The translations under genes and the position numbers were made by a program. A stretch of 64,000 nucleotides of DNA from Spirochaetia bacterium (lineage in GTDB: Bacteria > Spirochaetota > Spirochaetia > DSM-2461), in the NCBI GenBank assembly GCA_963668315.1, contig OY764216.1, positions 4,864,001 through 4,928,000 of the forward strand. The letters are read 5' to 3'. Positions 8,340 through 20,028 of the stretch are shown piece by piece; position 1 is the stretch's first letter, and every line of letters begins with the position of its first letter. The notes under the pieces were generated by a model that saw nothing but the letters and a program-made list of their open reading frames with translations, had not been told where the DNA came from and made no database searches.

Positions 8340-8395
8340 AATATCCTACCTTGAAATAGATAAAGCAACCCTTTTGTCTGTAAAATTAGAAAAAG

Positions 8396-9070
8396 TTAAT
8401 CAGTCTCCATATTCAAATATCTTTTACCTGTAAACCACTGCTCATCTATTTCCATTAACAGAGCCGCGATCAGACGATCAACGGACTTCCTATTTGGAAA
8501 TATCATGGCTACCCTTGTTCGCCTCTTTATTTCTTTCATCTGCCGCTCTGCCAAATTTGAAGTTCTTAGCCGTCGCCAATGAGCCTTTGGCATTGAGAAG
8601 ACGGTAAGGGACTCGGGGATATTCTCATCCATCCAGCTACTCAGATCGGGCGCCGTTTCCTCATATTTTTTAACAGCCATTGAAAGAAAGCGTTTCGCTT
8701 CTTCTCCATTGGGTGCGTTAAAAATAGTTCTGATGTCTTCTGCTACCTCCTTCTCCATGCTCTTCTTGGGAACGTGATGAGAAGCATTCTGCTGGAGATG
8801 AAACTGACAGCGATGCCAGGGAACCGTAGGAAAAACAGCCTCTATTGCAGATTTTAGACCACTATGGGCATCTGAAGTTATCATTCTGACTCCATGTAAA
8901 CCTCGGTCAACCAATCCAGCGAGGAACTTTCTCCAATGAACATCAGCCTCGCTGAGTTCTGTTGAAATCCCAAGAACCCTTCTCATTCCCTTATTATCAA
9001 CTCCATAAGCAATTAGAACGGCTGCCGAAACGACAGCTCTATCCACACGAGCTTTTTCATAGGTCGCATC
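8396..9070 (-). pseudogene. IS256 transposase, C-terminal fragment of the outer element
   Basis: DATYEKAR, MITSDAHSGL, WHRCQFH, RTSNLAERQMKEIKRRT; joins in frame to 10426-10914. Confidence 0.9.
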
Positions 9071-9078
9071 CACAATGA

Positions 9079-10425
9079 GATAGTGTCCAGACATGTTCGC
9101 AACTTTCCTTTCAAGAAGCCATCAAAATTCCCCATCAGGCAGCCTGACCTAATTTAATTCTTTGTTCATCTATCGATTTTTCACTGATATACCGTTTTCC
9201 CGAAGCCCAGTCTTCTGAGTATTCAATCAGGTAACAACAGACTAGTCTAAGGTAGGAGTCAATACTGGGAAAGATTCCCACAACACGAGATCGTCTACGG
9301 ATTTCCCGATTCAATCGTTCCAGTTGATTGGTAGAAGCAGTTTTCCGGCTGTCTATTTCTGAGAATTCATAATACTGAAGAGAGTCTTCTAATCCGTCTT
9401 CAAGACAAGTCATGGACTTCGGAAATTGTTCTTCAAATTCCTCTATAATTCGGTATGCATATTCACGGGCCGATTGGGAGTTCGGTTGATTCCAAATCTG
9501 CTTAATTCTGCCGGCAACAGCTTCTTTATCCCTGGCAGGAAGATGGGACAGGATGTTCCTCATAAAATGAATTTTACAGCGTTGCCAGGAGCAACCGATG
9601 AGTTCCTTTCTTATGGCGGCTTGAAGTCCCAGATGGGCATCAGAGACACAGAGCCAGGCATTTTTAAATCCTCTTGCTTTAAGAGACCTGAACAGTTCGG
9701 TATAAGTGCTTTCTGATTCTTCCTGCATTGGTTCAACAGCAAGGATTTCTTTGAATCCTTGTGAATTAACACCAGATACAACCATCACAGCCATATTTCT
9801 CACTCTTCCGTTATACCGGATCTTTTCATAGAGGGCATCAACCCAGATGACAGGATATTCTGAATCAAGAGATCGATAGCGGAATTCATCTACCTGTTCA
9901 TCAAGTCCCTTATTGATTTCAGAGACCTGGCTGGCTGAAATATTTTCAATGCCCAGACTCATAGCCAATTTCTCAATCTTTCTGGTTGAAACACCGTTGA
10001 TAAATGCTTCCTGGACAACCTGAATCAGAGCTTGCTCGGATCTCTTCTTTTCTGTTACAAAGAAGGGAATATATCCGCCTTTTCTGAGCTTGGGGACAAG
10101 GAGATACAGTGTTCCAAGACGAGTATCAAATCGGCGTGGTCGATATCCAGAAAAATGGGTGGATCTTCCCATAGAATGAGACCCCTTTTGAGCTCCTACT
10201 TTATTCGCCGCTTCTATTTCCATAAGCTTTTCCAGTAGCCATTGCAATAAGCTGAAAATGGGATCCGGCTCCGATATGAATTGGAGTAGCATTTTTTCCA
10301 GATTCCCATTATCATTTTCCTTAGCCATCGTTTTTCTCCTTGTGGTTTTAGTAGTGCATTACCATTCTGGAGAATTCGATGGCTTCTTTCAATAATTAAA
10401 ATTGCGAACTTGATTGTACGCTATC
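9079..10425 (-). mobile_element. Inner IS256-family element (1347 bp) with 8-bp target duplication CACAATGA
   Basis: IRs GATAGTGTCCAGACATGTTCGCAACTTT / GATAGCGTACAATCAAGTTCGCAATTTT; TSD at 9071-9078 and 10426-10433. Confidence 0.93.
9135..10328 (-). CDS. IS256-family transposase (intact)
   Basis: 397 aa; GVSTRK, WVDALYEK, VSDAHLGL, WQRCKIH, STNQLERLNREIRRR. Confidence 0.95.
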   Translation of the reverse strand: MAKENDNGNLEKMLLQFISEPDPIFSLLQWLLEKLMEIEAANKVGAQKGSHSMGRSTHFSGYRPRRFDTRLGTLYLLVPKLRKGGYIPFFVTEKKRSEQALIQVVQEAFINGVSTRKIEKLAMSLGIENISASQVSEINKGLDEQVDEFRYRSLDSEYPVIWVDALYEKIRYNGRVRNMAVMVVSGVNSQGFKEILAVEPMQEESESTYTELFRSLKARGFKNAWLCVSDAHLGLQAAIRKELIGCSWQRCKIHFMRNILSHLPARDKEAVAGRIKQIWNQPNSQSAREYAYRIIEEFEEQFPKSMTCLEDGLEDSLQYYEFSEIDSRKTASTNQLERLNREIRRRSRVVGIFPSIDSYLRLVCCYLIEYSEDWASGKRYISEKSIDEQRIKLGQAA

Positions 10426-10914
10426 CACAATGAGATAGCGAAAAGCTCCCAGAGGGCGATTCCGCCACTTAGAAATCTCTTCATCCAGCAGTGCGGTTGC
10501 TTCAGAAACCTGGGATTGGGAAACTTCGAAGCCGCAGAGCTGTTCTACAATTTTGGTTACTCTGCGAGTTGATACCCCCTGGATATACATCTGAGCTATT
10601 GCCATTTTCAACGCCCTTTCGCTGCGGCACCCTTTTTCAATGCTGCCAGGATAGAATTCCATCCCACGGACCTGCGGAATCTCGATAGGGATCTCACCTA
10701 CACGAGTTCGAATCTTCCTGCTTTTGTACCCGTTTCTATGGCCAATGCGATCGTCATTCCGTTCATAATGACTGGCTTGGATTGCCTTCTCTTGCTCTAA
10801 CCGCATAGATAAATTCATTATTGAACTTATGACCTTTGTTAATCCTTCTCGATTATCTGCCTGGAGCTCTTCAATCATTTGATCGAAAACGGTATAGTAA
10901 TCCTCGTTAGTCAT
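10426..10914 (-). pseudogene. IS256 transposase, N-terminal fragment of the outer element
   Basis: RNGYKSR..TRVGEI...PQVR, MYIQGVSTRRV; ends at YLIV at the insertion point. Confidence 0.9.
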
Positions 10915-11136
10915 GATGCCTTCTTTTGTTTTTGGTCGAACTAATCGAAGACTGATTGGCTAACTTTTTCAAGCCCCCTTTATTTCTAATTTACAGACAC
11001 TATTGTACACTATCCGAAGGTTAAGGCATTGCTGGAGAGAGAGTAGTGTAATCATACAGGTCCGATAGGGGGATCTGGAATGATGTTTGAGTGCACTTTT
11101 TAAGATGGAGTTGTTTTTTATTTACGGGTTCTCATG

Positions 11137-14097
11137 CTATTGATCCAGAATCTTCCGGATATATTCCATTAAAATACGAGGAGAATAGGGTTTGGCCAGA
11201 AAATGCACGTCCTTCCCGATCTGCCCTCTCTGAATGATGGCTTCATGGGTATATCCGGATGTATAGATAACATGTATTTGAGGATACATCTTTCTGATCT
11301 CCTCTTCCAGTTTCCGGCCGCCCATGCTGGGCATGATCACATCGGTTAACAGTAGATCCATCGGTTCGGATAATCCCCTGATTTTCTTCAGAGCATCCTT
11401 GCCGTTACTGGCTTCAATTACGGAATATCCGTTTTTCTTCATAGTCTGGCTGATGAGGTTCCGGATTATATCTTCATCTTCAACAAAGAGGATTCTTTCC
11501 GTTCCCATGAAAACAGACGGGCTGACGGGATTCCCGGATTCAGCCGTTTCCTGTTCATCGGTCAGGGGAAGAAAGATATTGAAGACGGTACGTTCTCCCA
11601 CAATGCTCTCGATCCGGATATCTCCCCGATTCTGCTTGACGATCCCGTAGACAGTAGCCAACCCCAGACCGGTTCCCTGCCCCTGCTCCTTCGTCGTGAA
11701 AAAAGGCTCGAAAACCTTATCACGGAACTCCTCCGGAATTCCTTCCCCGCTGTCTTCGATCTGCATGTGGACATATTTCCCGGGATCTAAATCCAGCTGA
11801 AATGGTCCTCCTGCATCATGGTGATAGGGGCGGGTCCTAATGAAAATCTTGCCTCCCCGGGGCATGGCGTCTCTGGAGTTGATGACCAGATTCATAATGA
11901 TCTGCTCAATCTGAGATTTGTCGAAATGAATCTTCAATTCCAGCTTGGGTGTAACCAGGCAGAGCTCGATATCCTCACCTATCACTCTGCGAAGTATTTT
12001 CTGCAGATCAATGACCACATCATTCAGATTCAGAACGACCGGTTTGATCATCTGCTTTCTGCTGAACATCAGCAGCTGCTGGACCAGATCGGCGGCTCTA
12101 AAGCCCGCGTCCTGTATTATATCCAGGTAAAGTTCGAACTCCTCCTGATTATCATGGGAGCCCATCAGCTCCGCCGAGCCGTTGATCGCGGTCAGCAGGT
12201 TGTTGAAATCGTGGGCGATTCCACCGGCGAGCCGGCCCACAGCCTCCATTTTCTGCGACTGGTGCAGCTTCTCTTCCAGCTCTTTGCGCTCCCTTATTTC
12301 ATTCCTCAGTTCCTCTGTTCTCTTTTCTACGGTTTGCTCGATTTTGTTGTAAGACTCCACAAGGGCTTCCTGGGTTTGCTTCAGCTCGGTAATCAGCATG
12401 ATGCCGTCCAGAGCGGAGCTGATATACTTTGTCAAAAAGCGGTAAACCGTTCCATCCAGAGGACCTGACTCAAAAAGGGCAAACCCCAGCTGCTTATTCT
12501 TGTGATGAAGAGGCATCATGAGATAATTGTGGTGGCCGCTGCTGAACAGAGAGCCGCTGTGATCGATGAAATCATGGGTGGGAAAGCACGCTCCCTCCTC
12601 ATGGATGCGCTCCGTTCCGTCTTCCACATACTCATATATCAATCGTGACTCTGCCAGGGGATTCTCCGGCTCCTTGTATAGAAAGAGGCTGCAACGGGGA
12701 ATCCGCAGTTTTTTTAAATTCTTTCCCAGTATGCCCATAAGATCCCTGAAGTCATAGGAGGTCAGAATTTCTTGGCCCAGCTCGTTGAGAAACGCCTTAC
12801 TTGATGAGGAGAGCCTCTGCTGTTTCATCATCTTCCGCATAGACATTTCGCTGGCCACCACATTCAGGCGGGATAGAACGGTGTGAAAAGTCCCCATGGT
12901 CTCGCAGGAATCAACCGAGATCCGCTGCTCAATGAGGGAAATCAGATTCCGGGCGAATGAGATGTCTCCGTCCCGGGGCTGAAAAAGATCGAGCAGCCGC
13001 TCAAAGGATCTGACAGAAAGAAGGGAATCCTTATCCTTCAGATCCCTTTCCAGGCACTGCAGGAGCTCCCTGATCTGCCGATCGAGCTCCGCTGACCGGT
13101 CCCTGCCGAACAGAGCCTTCAACTCCTCGAAAAGATTCTCCTCTCCTGCGGAAAAGGAATCCTCCCCATCTATATTTCGGTGGAGATCAGAGATACTCCG
13201 AACGCCCGCTGATAAACAGCCGCAGGATTGGCGTATCACGGGAACGGAAGGAAGGATCACTTCCTCATTTCTTGCCTTACCAGTCCGGATCTCTTCCAGT
13301 AGAAGTTCCAGGCTTGTATATCCCTGTTCGTAAAAATCGGCCTTGACGGAGGTCAGAGGAGAACTGCACCAGAGCCCCTCTTCCACGCCGTTGAATCCGG
13401 CCAGAGCCAAATCGCCGGGAATCCAGATATTGTTCTCCCGGCAATAATCGTACACCCCCATGGCCTGGGCATCGCTGGTACATACGACGCACTGGATATC
13501 CTCCTTAAGGCGTAGCTTCCTTTCATTCAGAAAATTATCCATACTGCCCATTCCCGCGCCGGAAACCCAATCGCCATAATCAGAGACGAGTTCCTCCCGA
13601 TAAGGGATGCGGTTATCCTTCAGGGCGGCGCAGTAGGCGTTAAAACGCTTATGGGTCCCGATATGATGCTCCAGGCCCCGAATGTAGGCGATGCGGGTAT
13701 AGCCGTGCTCTTTTATCAAATGGGTGATTAGGTCGTACATACCTTGAAAGGAATCGATGGACACACAGGTTCGTCCCGGAAGCTTCTCTCCCAGGGAGAC
13801 CAAGGGGATATTGCGGAACCGGGTGGAATGAAAGCCGATAATCTCATCGGCGGGAACGAAATTACTCAAATTGGAAACCCAGCTGATGACACCGACGAAA
13901 GAGCTGCTCCGGACGATATCGTATAGGATATTGCCCTGACTTAAAGATTCCCAGGTGTCTTTTAATCTTCCCCCGGGGATGCAAATCAAATCTACATGAT
14001 TTCTACGGGCGGCATCGCTGATACCGGCCCAGAGATCACGGCCATTCCGCATTTCGATATTGGATGCAAGATAACAGACGGTTAAATTCTTATTCAT
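11137..14097 (-). CDS. Hybrid sensor histidine kinase/response regulator with an N-terminal LacI-type sugar-binding domain
   Basis: Peripla_BP-like N-terminus ending in [15 protein letters not shown]-box; GTGLGL; C-terminal REC (DVIMP). Confidence 0.9.
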   Translation of the reverse strand: MNKNLTVCYLASNIEMRNGRDLWAGISDAARRNHVDLICIPGGRLKDTWESLSQGNILYDIVRSSSFVGVISWVSNLSNFVPADEIIGFHSTRFRNIPLVSLGEKLPGRTCVSIDSFQGMYDLITHLIKEHGYTRIAYIRGLEHHIGTHKRFNAYCAALKDNRIPYREELVSDYGDWVSGAGMGSMDNFLNERKLRLKEDIQCVVCTSDAQAMGVYDYCRENNIWIPGDLALAGFNGVEEGLWCSSPLTSVKADFYEQGYTSLELLLEEIRTGKARNEEVILPSVPVIRQSCGCLSAGVRSISDLHRNIDGEDSFSAGEENLFEELKALFGRDRSAELDRQIRELLQCLERDLKDKDSLLSVRSFERLLDLFQPRDGDISFARNLISLIEQRISVDSCETMGTFHTVLSRLNVVASEMSMRKMMKQQRLSSSSKAFLNELGQEILTSYDFRDLMGILGKNLKKLRIPRCSLFLYKEPENPLAESRLIYEYVEDGTERIHEEGACFPTHDFIDHSGSLFSSGHHNYLMMPLHHKNKQLGFALFESGPLDGTVYRFLTKYISSALDGIMLITELKQTQEALVESYNKIEQTVEKRTEELRNEIRERKELEEKLHQSQKMEAVGRLAGGIAHDFNNLLTAINGSAELMGSHDNQEEFELYLDIIQDAGFRAADLVQQLLMFSRKQMIKPVVLNLNDVVIDLQKILRRVIGEDIELCLVTPKLELKIHFDKSQIEQIIMNLVINSRDAMPRGGKIFIRTRPYHHDAGGPFQLDLDPGKYVHMQIEDSGEGIPEEFRDKVFEPFFTTKEQGQGTGLGLATVYGIVKQNRGDIRIESIVGERTVFNIFLPLTDEQETAESGNPVSPSVFMGTERILFVEDEDIIRNLISQTMKKNGYSVIEASNGKDALKKIRGLSEPMDLLLTDVIMPSMGGRKLEEEIRKMYPQIHVIYTSGYTHEAIIQRGQIGKDVHFLAKPYSPRILMEYIRKILDQ

Positions 14098-14260
14098 TTA
14101 TAGACCTGCGTTCATTATCCAATAGAAAAAATAAAAAGACAAATCCTTTTCATCCAAATAAGAAAATATCTTCTGTAAGGTCAATGTAAAGATAATATCA
14201 CATAATGAAATAAAACAGATGGTATTATTCGCTGATCATTATGCGAATAAAAATATCCTT

Positions 14261-15478
<1,218 letters not shown>

Positions 15479-15574
15479 TCATGCGTCTCTCTGATTCTAC
15501 CTGGAAATCCTCTCGTTTTCCCTATGTTATCAGTAAAATAAAACTGTTAAAAATTGTTTAGTTTGTATTTTTTT

Positions 15575-15615
15575 AGTAAATATTTACTTGACAGTTGATA
15601 GAAATGAGATAGTAT
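15575..15615 (+). promoter_or_regulatory. Operator AGTAAATATTTACT abutting the promoter TTGACA-N16-TAGTAT of the sugar ABC operon
   Basis: Perfect 14-bp palindrome at 15575-15588; TTGACA at 15588-15593. Confidence 0.65.
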
Positions 15616-15640
15616 ATAGACATATCAAATGGAGAATGGA

Positions 15641-16504
15641 ATGCAAAGAAAAATACAGCTTTCAAACCGTGTGATCAAATAAATTTTCCTTCTGCCCGGA
15701 TTTATGTTTTTTTGTTTCTCTATAGTTATTCCCTTCGTTCTCGGGATTAATATCGCCTTCACGGACTGGAACGGTATCGCCAGGGATTTCCAATATGTCG
15801 GTCTGAAGAATTTTTTGACAATCTTCAAAGACCCAAGGCTCATCCCCCCTATCGGGAACTCTATCCGATTCGCCCTTTTCGGTACCATCGGCAGTAACGT
15901 GGTCTCCCTGACCATGGCTCTTCTGGTGAATCAGAAAACGAAAACACTGGGCAGCCTCCCCCGGCTTATATTCTTTATCCCCGTATGCTTCAGCGCCATT
16001 CTCACGGCTTTCATCTGGGGATTTATCTACAAAGAGGTCTTCCATACCCTCTTCCATGCCAAAAGTATGCTGGGAAATCCCAGGCTCGTCATTCCGGCCA
16101 TAACCGCCATGGGCATATGGAACACAAGCGGAATCAACATGCTTATTTACCTCTCCGGCCTCAAGGGTATCCCGATTACGCTTTACGAAGCGGCGAAGAT
16201 CGACGGGGCAAACGTCTTCAAGAGATTTGGAAATATAACGCTTCCCTTCCTGGCCTCTTCATTCACCGTCTGCTTCACCCTTTCCTTAACAGCCTGGCTG
16301 AGAGAATTCGCCATGACCCTTTCCGCAACCGGCGGCGGCCCCGGAGGATCTTCGAGAACGATATCCATTTACATTTTCGAAAACCTCTATCAGTACAACA
16401 AAGCCGGTTACGGCCAGGCCGTGGCGCTTCTATTCGCCCTGTGCCTGGGCCTCATTGCCAACTTCGTATCGTCGGCGTTCAGGAGAAGGGAGATAGAACT
16501 ATGA
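15641..16504 (+). pseudogene. Carbohydrate ABC permease with an in-frame premature TAA at codon 14 (15680-15682); may be rescued by restart at ATG 15704
   Basis: RBS GGAG at 15631, then ATG 15641: MQRKIQLSNRVIK*IFLLPGFMFFC...; EAA motif YEAAKIDGA. Confidence 0.7.
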
Positions 16505-17343
16505 GTTTGAGACAGAATATTTCAGGGAGCAAACTGCTTCTAATCGGATTGACCCTCATCTGTATGGCTGTCAGCCTCTTTCCCATCTACATCGCCCTTT
16601 TGACATCGCTCAAGACTCCCATGGAAATCGCCGATTCCTCCTTGTCTCTCCCCAGGGCTCTGTATCTGGAGAATTATGCCTCGGGACTGAGGGAAAGCAA
16701 TTTCCTCAGCTCCCTCGCGAACAGTGCGATCATTACTTTCCCTTCCGTCATACTTATCGTGATAGTCTCCTCCATGGGCGGCTACACTATCGCCAGAAAC
16801 GGCAGAAGCGAAAAAGTCATCGGGGCCATGGAGAAGGTGTATCTTTTCTCACTCATGATCCCTTTTCAGATACTGATGATTCCCGTATACAGGATTTTCA
16901 AGAATCTCGGATTATTGAATTCCCTATTCGGGGCGACCCTGTTTGAAGTGGGCTACAGCACCGCATACGCCACATTTCTTTATATAGGATTCATCAAAGC
17001 GGTCCCCAGGGAACTGGAAGAGGCGGCCCTCCTTGACGGGTGTAATCCGTTCCAGGTCTTCATCAGGGTTGTCTTCCCCCTTCTGGCCCCGATCAATTCG
17101 ACGGTCGCGGCGCTTCATATGATGTGGATCTGGAACGATTTCAATATCTCTCTCATCCTGCTGCAGAAAGACTCCGTAAGAACCCTTACGGTTAAGCAGT
17201 ACTATTTTTTCGGTCAGTTCTCATCCAACTACGGAATGGCTTTCGCCGCATCCTTAATATGCATGCTGCCGGTCCTTCTTTTCTTTCTTTTGATGCAAAA
17301 ATATCTGGTAGACGGCATATCAGCCGGCTCTGTGAAATCTTAA
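16501..17343 (+). CDS. Carbohydrate ABC transporter permease
   Basis: Real start MSLRQNI at 16501 (ATGA overlap); EEAALLDGC motif. Confidence 0.92.
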   Translation: MSLRQNISGSKLLLIGLTLICMAVSLFPIYIALLTSLKTPMEIADSSLSLPRALYLENYASGLRESNFLSSLANSAIITFPSVILIVIVSSMGGYTIARNGRSEKVIGAMEKVYLFSLMIPFQILMIPVYRIFKNLGLLNSLFGATLFEVGYSTAYATFLYIGFIKAVPRELEEAALLDGCNPFQVFIRVVFPLLAPINSTVAALHMMWIWNDFNISLILLQKDSVRTLTVKQYYFFGQFSSNYGMAFAASLICMLPVLLFFLLMQKYLVDGISAGSVKS

Positions 17344-17367
17344 TTTTATTTTTTTGGAGGAAATATA

Positions 17368-18630
17368 ATGAAAAAAACAACGTTTATGGTATTTCTGGTT
17401 TCCCTTTTCTCATCGGTGTTCCTGTTCGCGGCAGGCTCCGGCGAAGGGGGCAAAGACGGACAGATCGAATTCACCTGGATGCACCATCTTCAGGAGAAGG
17501 GAAAGCAGGCCTGGGTCAACGCCCTCGTGGAGAATTACGAAGCGGCCAATCCTAATGTCAAGATCAATGTAGAGCTTCTGCCTTCGGATCAGTACAACAC
17601 GATGCTGAAGACGAGAATCGCCTCGGGTGACGCTCCGATGATTTTTGACCTGGGAAACCAGCTTTTCAAAGAGTTCGTATCGGCCGGATACTGCGCCGAT
17701 GTAAGCGATATGGAGGGCATGGAAAACTATGACGCCGCCACTATAGCCCAGAGTTCGGTCGACGGAAAGGTCTATGGCGTCTGCATCGACAAAAATGCCT
17801 ACTGTACATTCTACAATAAGGACATCTTTGATAAATACGGTCTGGAAGTGCCCAAGACGTCAACCGAGCTGCTCGAAGTATGTAAAGTACTCAAAGAAAA
17901 CGGCATAACGCCCATTGCAGCTCCCTTTTCCGAATTATGGTGCCTCCGCTACTACGACATGGTCCTCACCGACGTACAGTGCTGCATGGACAATGTGAAC
18001 TGGTTCACAGAAAAGATGACACAGGAAGTCCCCTTTTCCGAAGATCAGGCATTCAAGGACTGTGCGGAGATTTTCTACAGCTTCAAACCCTACTGGGGCG
18101 AAGATCCCTTCGGGACGACCTGGAACGACGCCATGAACATGGTCGCTTCCGGCAAAGCCGCCATGACCTTGAACGGCTCCTGGGCCATCGACGGCATCAT
18201 GAGCATCAACCCCGAGATAAATCTGGGCTCATTCGCCTTCCCCACGTCAACCGAACCTTCCGGCGCGGTCATGGTGGTCAAGCCCGGCAGTTCTTACTGT
18301 GTCTACAACGACACGGAGAACCCTGAAATTCTCGCCGCAGCAAAGGATTTCTTCACTTACATGAGTTCCCAGGAGTCGGCTGAGTATTTTGCAGAATACG
18401 CCCACGGTCTTACCGGATGCGCCATTGAAAGTGAAGTGGATATTCAAGCTCTCAATGATATCAACTCATACAAAGGAGACAATCTTTACGTTCAGGCCAA
18501 TCTTGTGGTTTTCTCACCGGAATACCAGAATACGCTGTTCGAGACCCTCACCCAGTATGGGATGAAAGACAGCTTTGACGTGGACAAACTCTGCGCCGAA
18601 CTTGACGCCAAATACAAGGCCCTGCAGTAA
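17368..18630 (+). CDS. Carbohydrate ABC substrate-binding protein
   Basis: Signal peptide with a spirochaete-style LFAAG..E cleavage region; SBP family 1 motifs. Confidence 0.92.
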   Translation: MKKTTFMVFLVSLFSSVFLFAAGSGEGGKDGQIEFTWMHHLQEKGKQAWVNALVENYEAANPNVKINVELLPSDQYNTMLKTRIASGDAPMIFDLGNQLFKEFVSAGYCADVSDMEGMENYDAATIAQSSVDGKVYGVCIDKNAYCTFYNKDIFDKYGLEVPKTSTELLEVCKVLKENGITPIAAPFSELWCLRYYDMVLTDVQCCMDNVNWFTEKMTQEVPFSEDQAFKDCAEIFYSFKPYWGEDPFGTTWNDAMNMVASGKAAMTLNGSWAIDGIMSINPEINLGSFAFPTSTEPSGAVMVVKPGSSYCVYNDTENPEILAAAKDFFTYMSSQESAEYFAEYAHGLTGCAIESEVDIQALNDINSYKGDNLYVQANLVVFSPEYQNTLFETLTQYGMKDSFDVDKLCAELDAKYKALQ

Positions 18631-18730
18631 TATCCGCAAGGATGCTTTCAATACCGGATCTTAGGTTTTTCTGAACGGGGCTCCGGGATTCACATTTATC
18701 CCCTCCGGCAGCGGGGGCGGAACGTTTCAT

Positions 18731-18780
18731 GACAGACTTCCGGCTTAAGGATGGCAATTGCCATCCTCCGGAAGTTTGTC
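18731..18780 (+). other. Long intergenic stem-loop between the SBP and GDPD genes
   Basis: GACAGACTTCCGG..AGGATGGC-AATT-GCCATCCT-CCGGAAGTTTGTC. Confidence 0.55.
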
Positions 18781-18809
18781 TTATATTATCCAGTCAATGA
18801 GGTGATTTT

Positions 18810-19535
18810 ATGACACAGATTATAGCCCACCGCGGAGCCTCCGGTTATGCTCCCGAGAATACAATGGCGGCCTTTGAGCTGGCCGCGGAGCAGGGAGCCT
18901 ACGGGATTGAGACGGATGTACACTTGACGCGGGACGGACATCTCGTCATTGCCCATGATCCCGTAATCGGGCGTACCGTCATGGGAGAAGGAGCAATAAG
19001 GGATCTGACTCTGGAAGAACTGAGATCCTTTGATTGCGGGGCCTGGTTTTCAAAGGAATTCGCCGGCCAGAAAGTGCCTCTTCTGAAAGATCTCCTCGCC
19101 CTCGTGAAAAGAGAGGATATGTTCCTCAATATAGAGATAAAAATGGGCTTTCCCTATTATACCGGTCTGGAGGAGGCCCTGGCGGAGGAACTGGCCCTCT
19201 GGGATATGGACGAGAAGCTCATTCTCTCCTCCTTCAACCACTGTGCCGTGAAGAAGATGGAAAAATTGAGGCCCCGGGCCGCCAGAGGCTTTCTGACGGA
19301 TAACCAGCTTGTCCAAAGCTGGGATTACACAGCGGGAAACGGCGCGCAGGCATTGCATCCCCATTTTTCCCTTGTAACGCCGGAGCTCATTGAATCATGC
19401 CACCAAGCGGGAATCAGGGTGAATACCTATACGGTGAATGATGAGAAGGAGGGAAAGCGTCTCATAGAAGCCGGAGTGGACGGCCTTATCTCCAATTATC
19501 CCGATGTGATGCTGGCGCTCCTGCCTGAAAGATAG
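18810..19535 (+). CDS. Glycerophosphodiester phosphodiesterase (GlpQ/UgpQ family)
   Basis: IIAHRGASGYAPENT, ETDVHLTRDG, NIEIK motifs. Confidence 0.93.
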   Translation: MTQIIAHRGASGYAPENTMAAFELAAEQGAYGIETDVHLTRDGHLVIAHDPVIGRTVMGEGAIRDLTLEELRSFDCGAWFSKEFAGQKVPLLKDLLALVKREDMFLNIEIKMGFPYYTGLEEALAEELALWDMDEKLILSSFNHCAVKKMEKLRPRAARGFLTDNQLVQSWDYTAGNGAQALHPHFSLVTPELIESCHQAGIRVNTYTVNDEKEGKRLIEAGVDGLISNYPDVMLALLPER

Positions 19536-19594
19536 GCAACAAGGAGATTTTCAAGCGGTTACCATTATCAACGGGAGATAGGGGGAGGAGGAAA

Positions 19595-19813
19595 TCAATC
19601 GGCTTTCTTCCTCCCACGCATTTCTTCCAATTCCAGAGGCAGCTCAGAAACAAGCCAGGAATCGATTTTCGGGTCCTGGATCTGAGGTAATGATTTCAGG
19701 ACAATCTCCGTCTCGGACGGGGTGAGAGTTCTCGACATATGATTTAGTAAATCATGGAGAATCAGGTGTTGGCTGTCTGACTTGCGAAAGATAATCATAG
19801 TGGGAGATGTCAT
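19595..19813 (-). CDS. Small hypothetical protein
   Basis: ORF with GGAAGG upstream of ATG 19813; no recognised motif. Confidence 0.35.
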   Translation of the reverse strand: MTSPTMIIFRKSDSQHLILHDLLNHMSRTLTPSETEIVLKSLPQIQDPKIDSWLVSELPLELEEMRGRKKAD

Positions 19814-20028
19814 ATCATATCCTTCCCATCTATGCAACTCTGCAAAGAGATATTGCGACAATCGGTCATCGAAAACCGATCCCCGGTAATAATCATCATT
19901 AACTCTTTCTCACATATAAATATAAAAATATTATAATATACATGCTTATATTTATGTATTGTAATATTATAATATAAGAATTATCTACTTATTATATAAA
20001 TATTTATTTTCACCTGATAAAAAAAGGA

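Larger units (their letters stand above)
575..8358 (+). mobile_element. Integron gene-cassette array of 5 cassettes (576-1758, 1759-3144, 3145-4457, 4458-7784, 7785-~8358); no intI in the window
   Basis: Four attC hairpins; for cassettes 1-4 the 5' core site is the reverse complement of that cassette's own 3' inverse core; AT-rich cargo genes. Confidence 0.92.
8359..11014 (-). mobile_element. Outer IS256-family element, interrupted by a second IS256
   Basis: Right end reads GATAGTGTACAATAGTGTCTGTAAATTAGAAA inward from 11014; left end is degenerate, GATAAAGCAACCCTTTTGTCTGTAAAATTAGAAA from ~8359; no flanking TSD seen. Confidence 0.8.

Noticed and set aside
9068..9083. Apparent 16-bp target duplication ATCCACAATGAGATAG (also 10423-10438)
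   Set aside because: The extra bases belong to the GATAG/CTATC IR termini; the true TSD is the 8-bp CACAATGA.
8396..9094. 232-aa ORF as an independent transposase
   Set aside because: It is the C-terminal half of the interrupted outer transposase, and its ATG lies inside the inner IS end.
15985..16500. N-terminal extension of the 452-aa ORF
   Set aside because: Out-of-frame overlap with the upstream permease; the real start is 16501.
19900..20028. Very AT-rich intergenic stretch as a replication origin or ncRNA
   Set aside because: No DnaA boxes, iterons or stable structure seen; consistent with a divergent promoter region.
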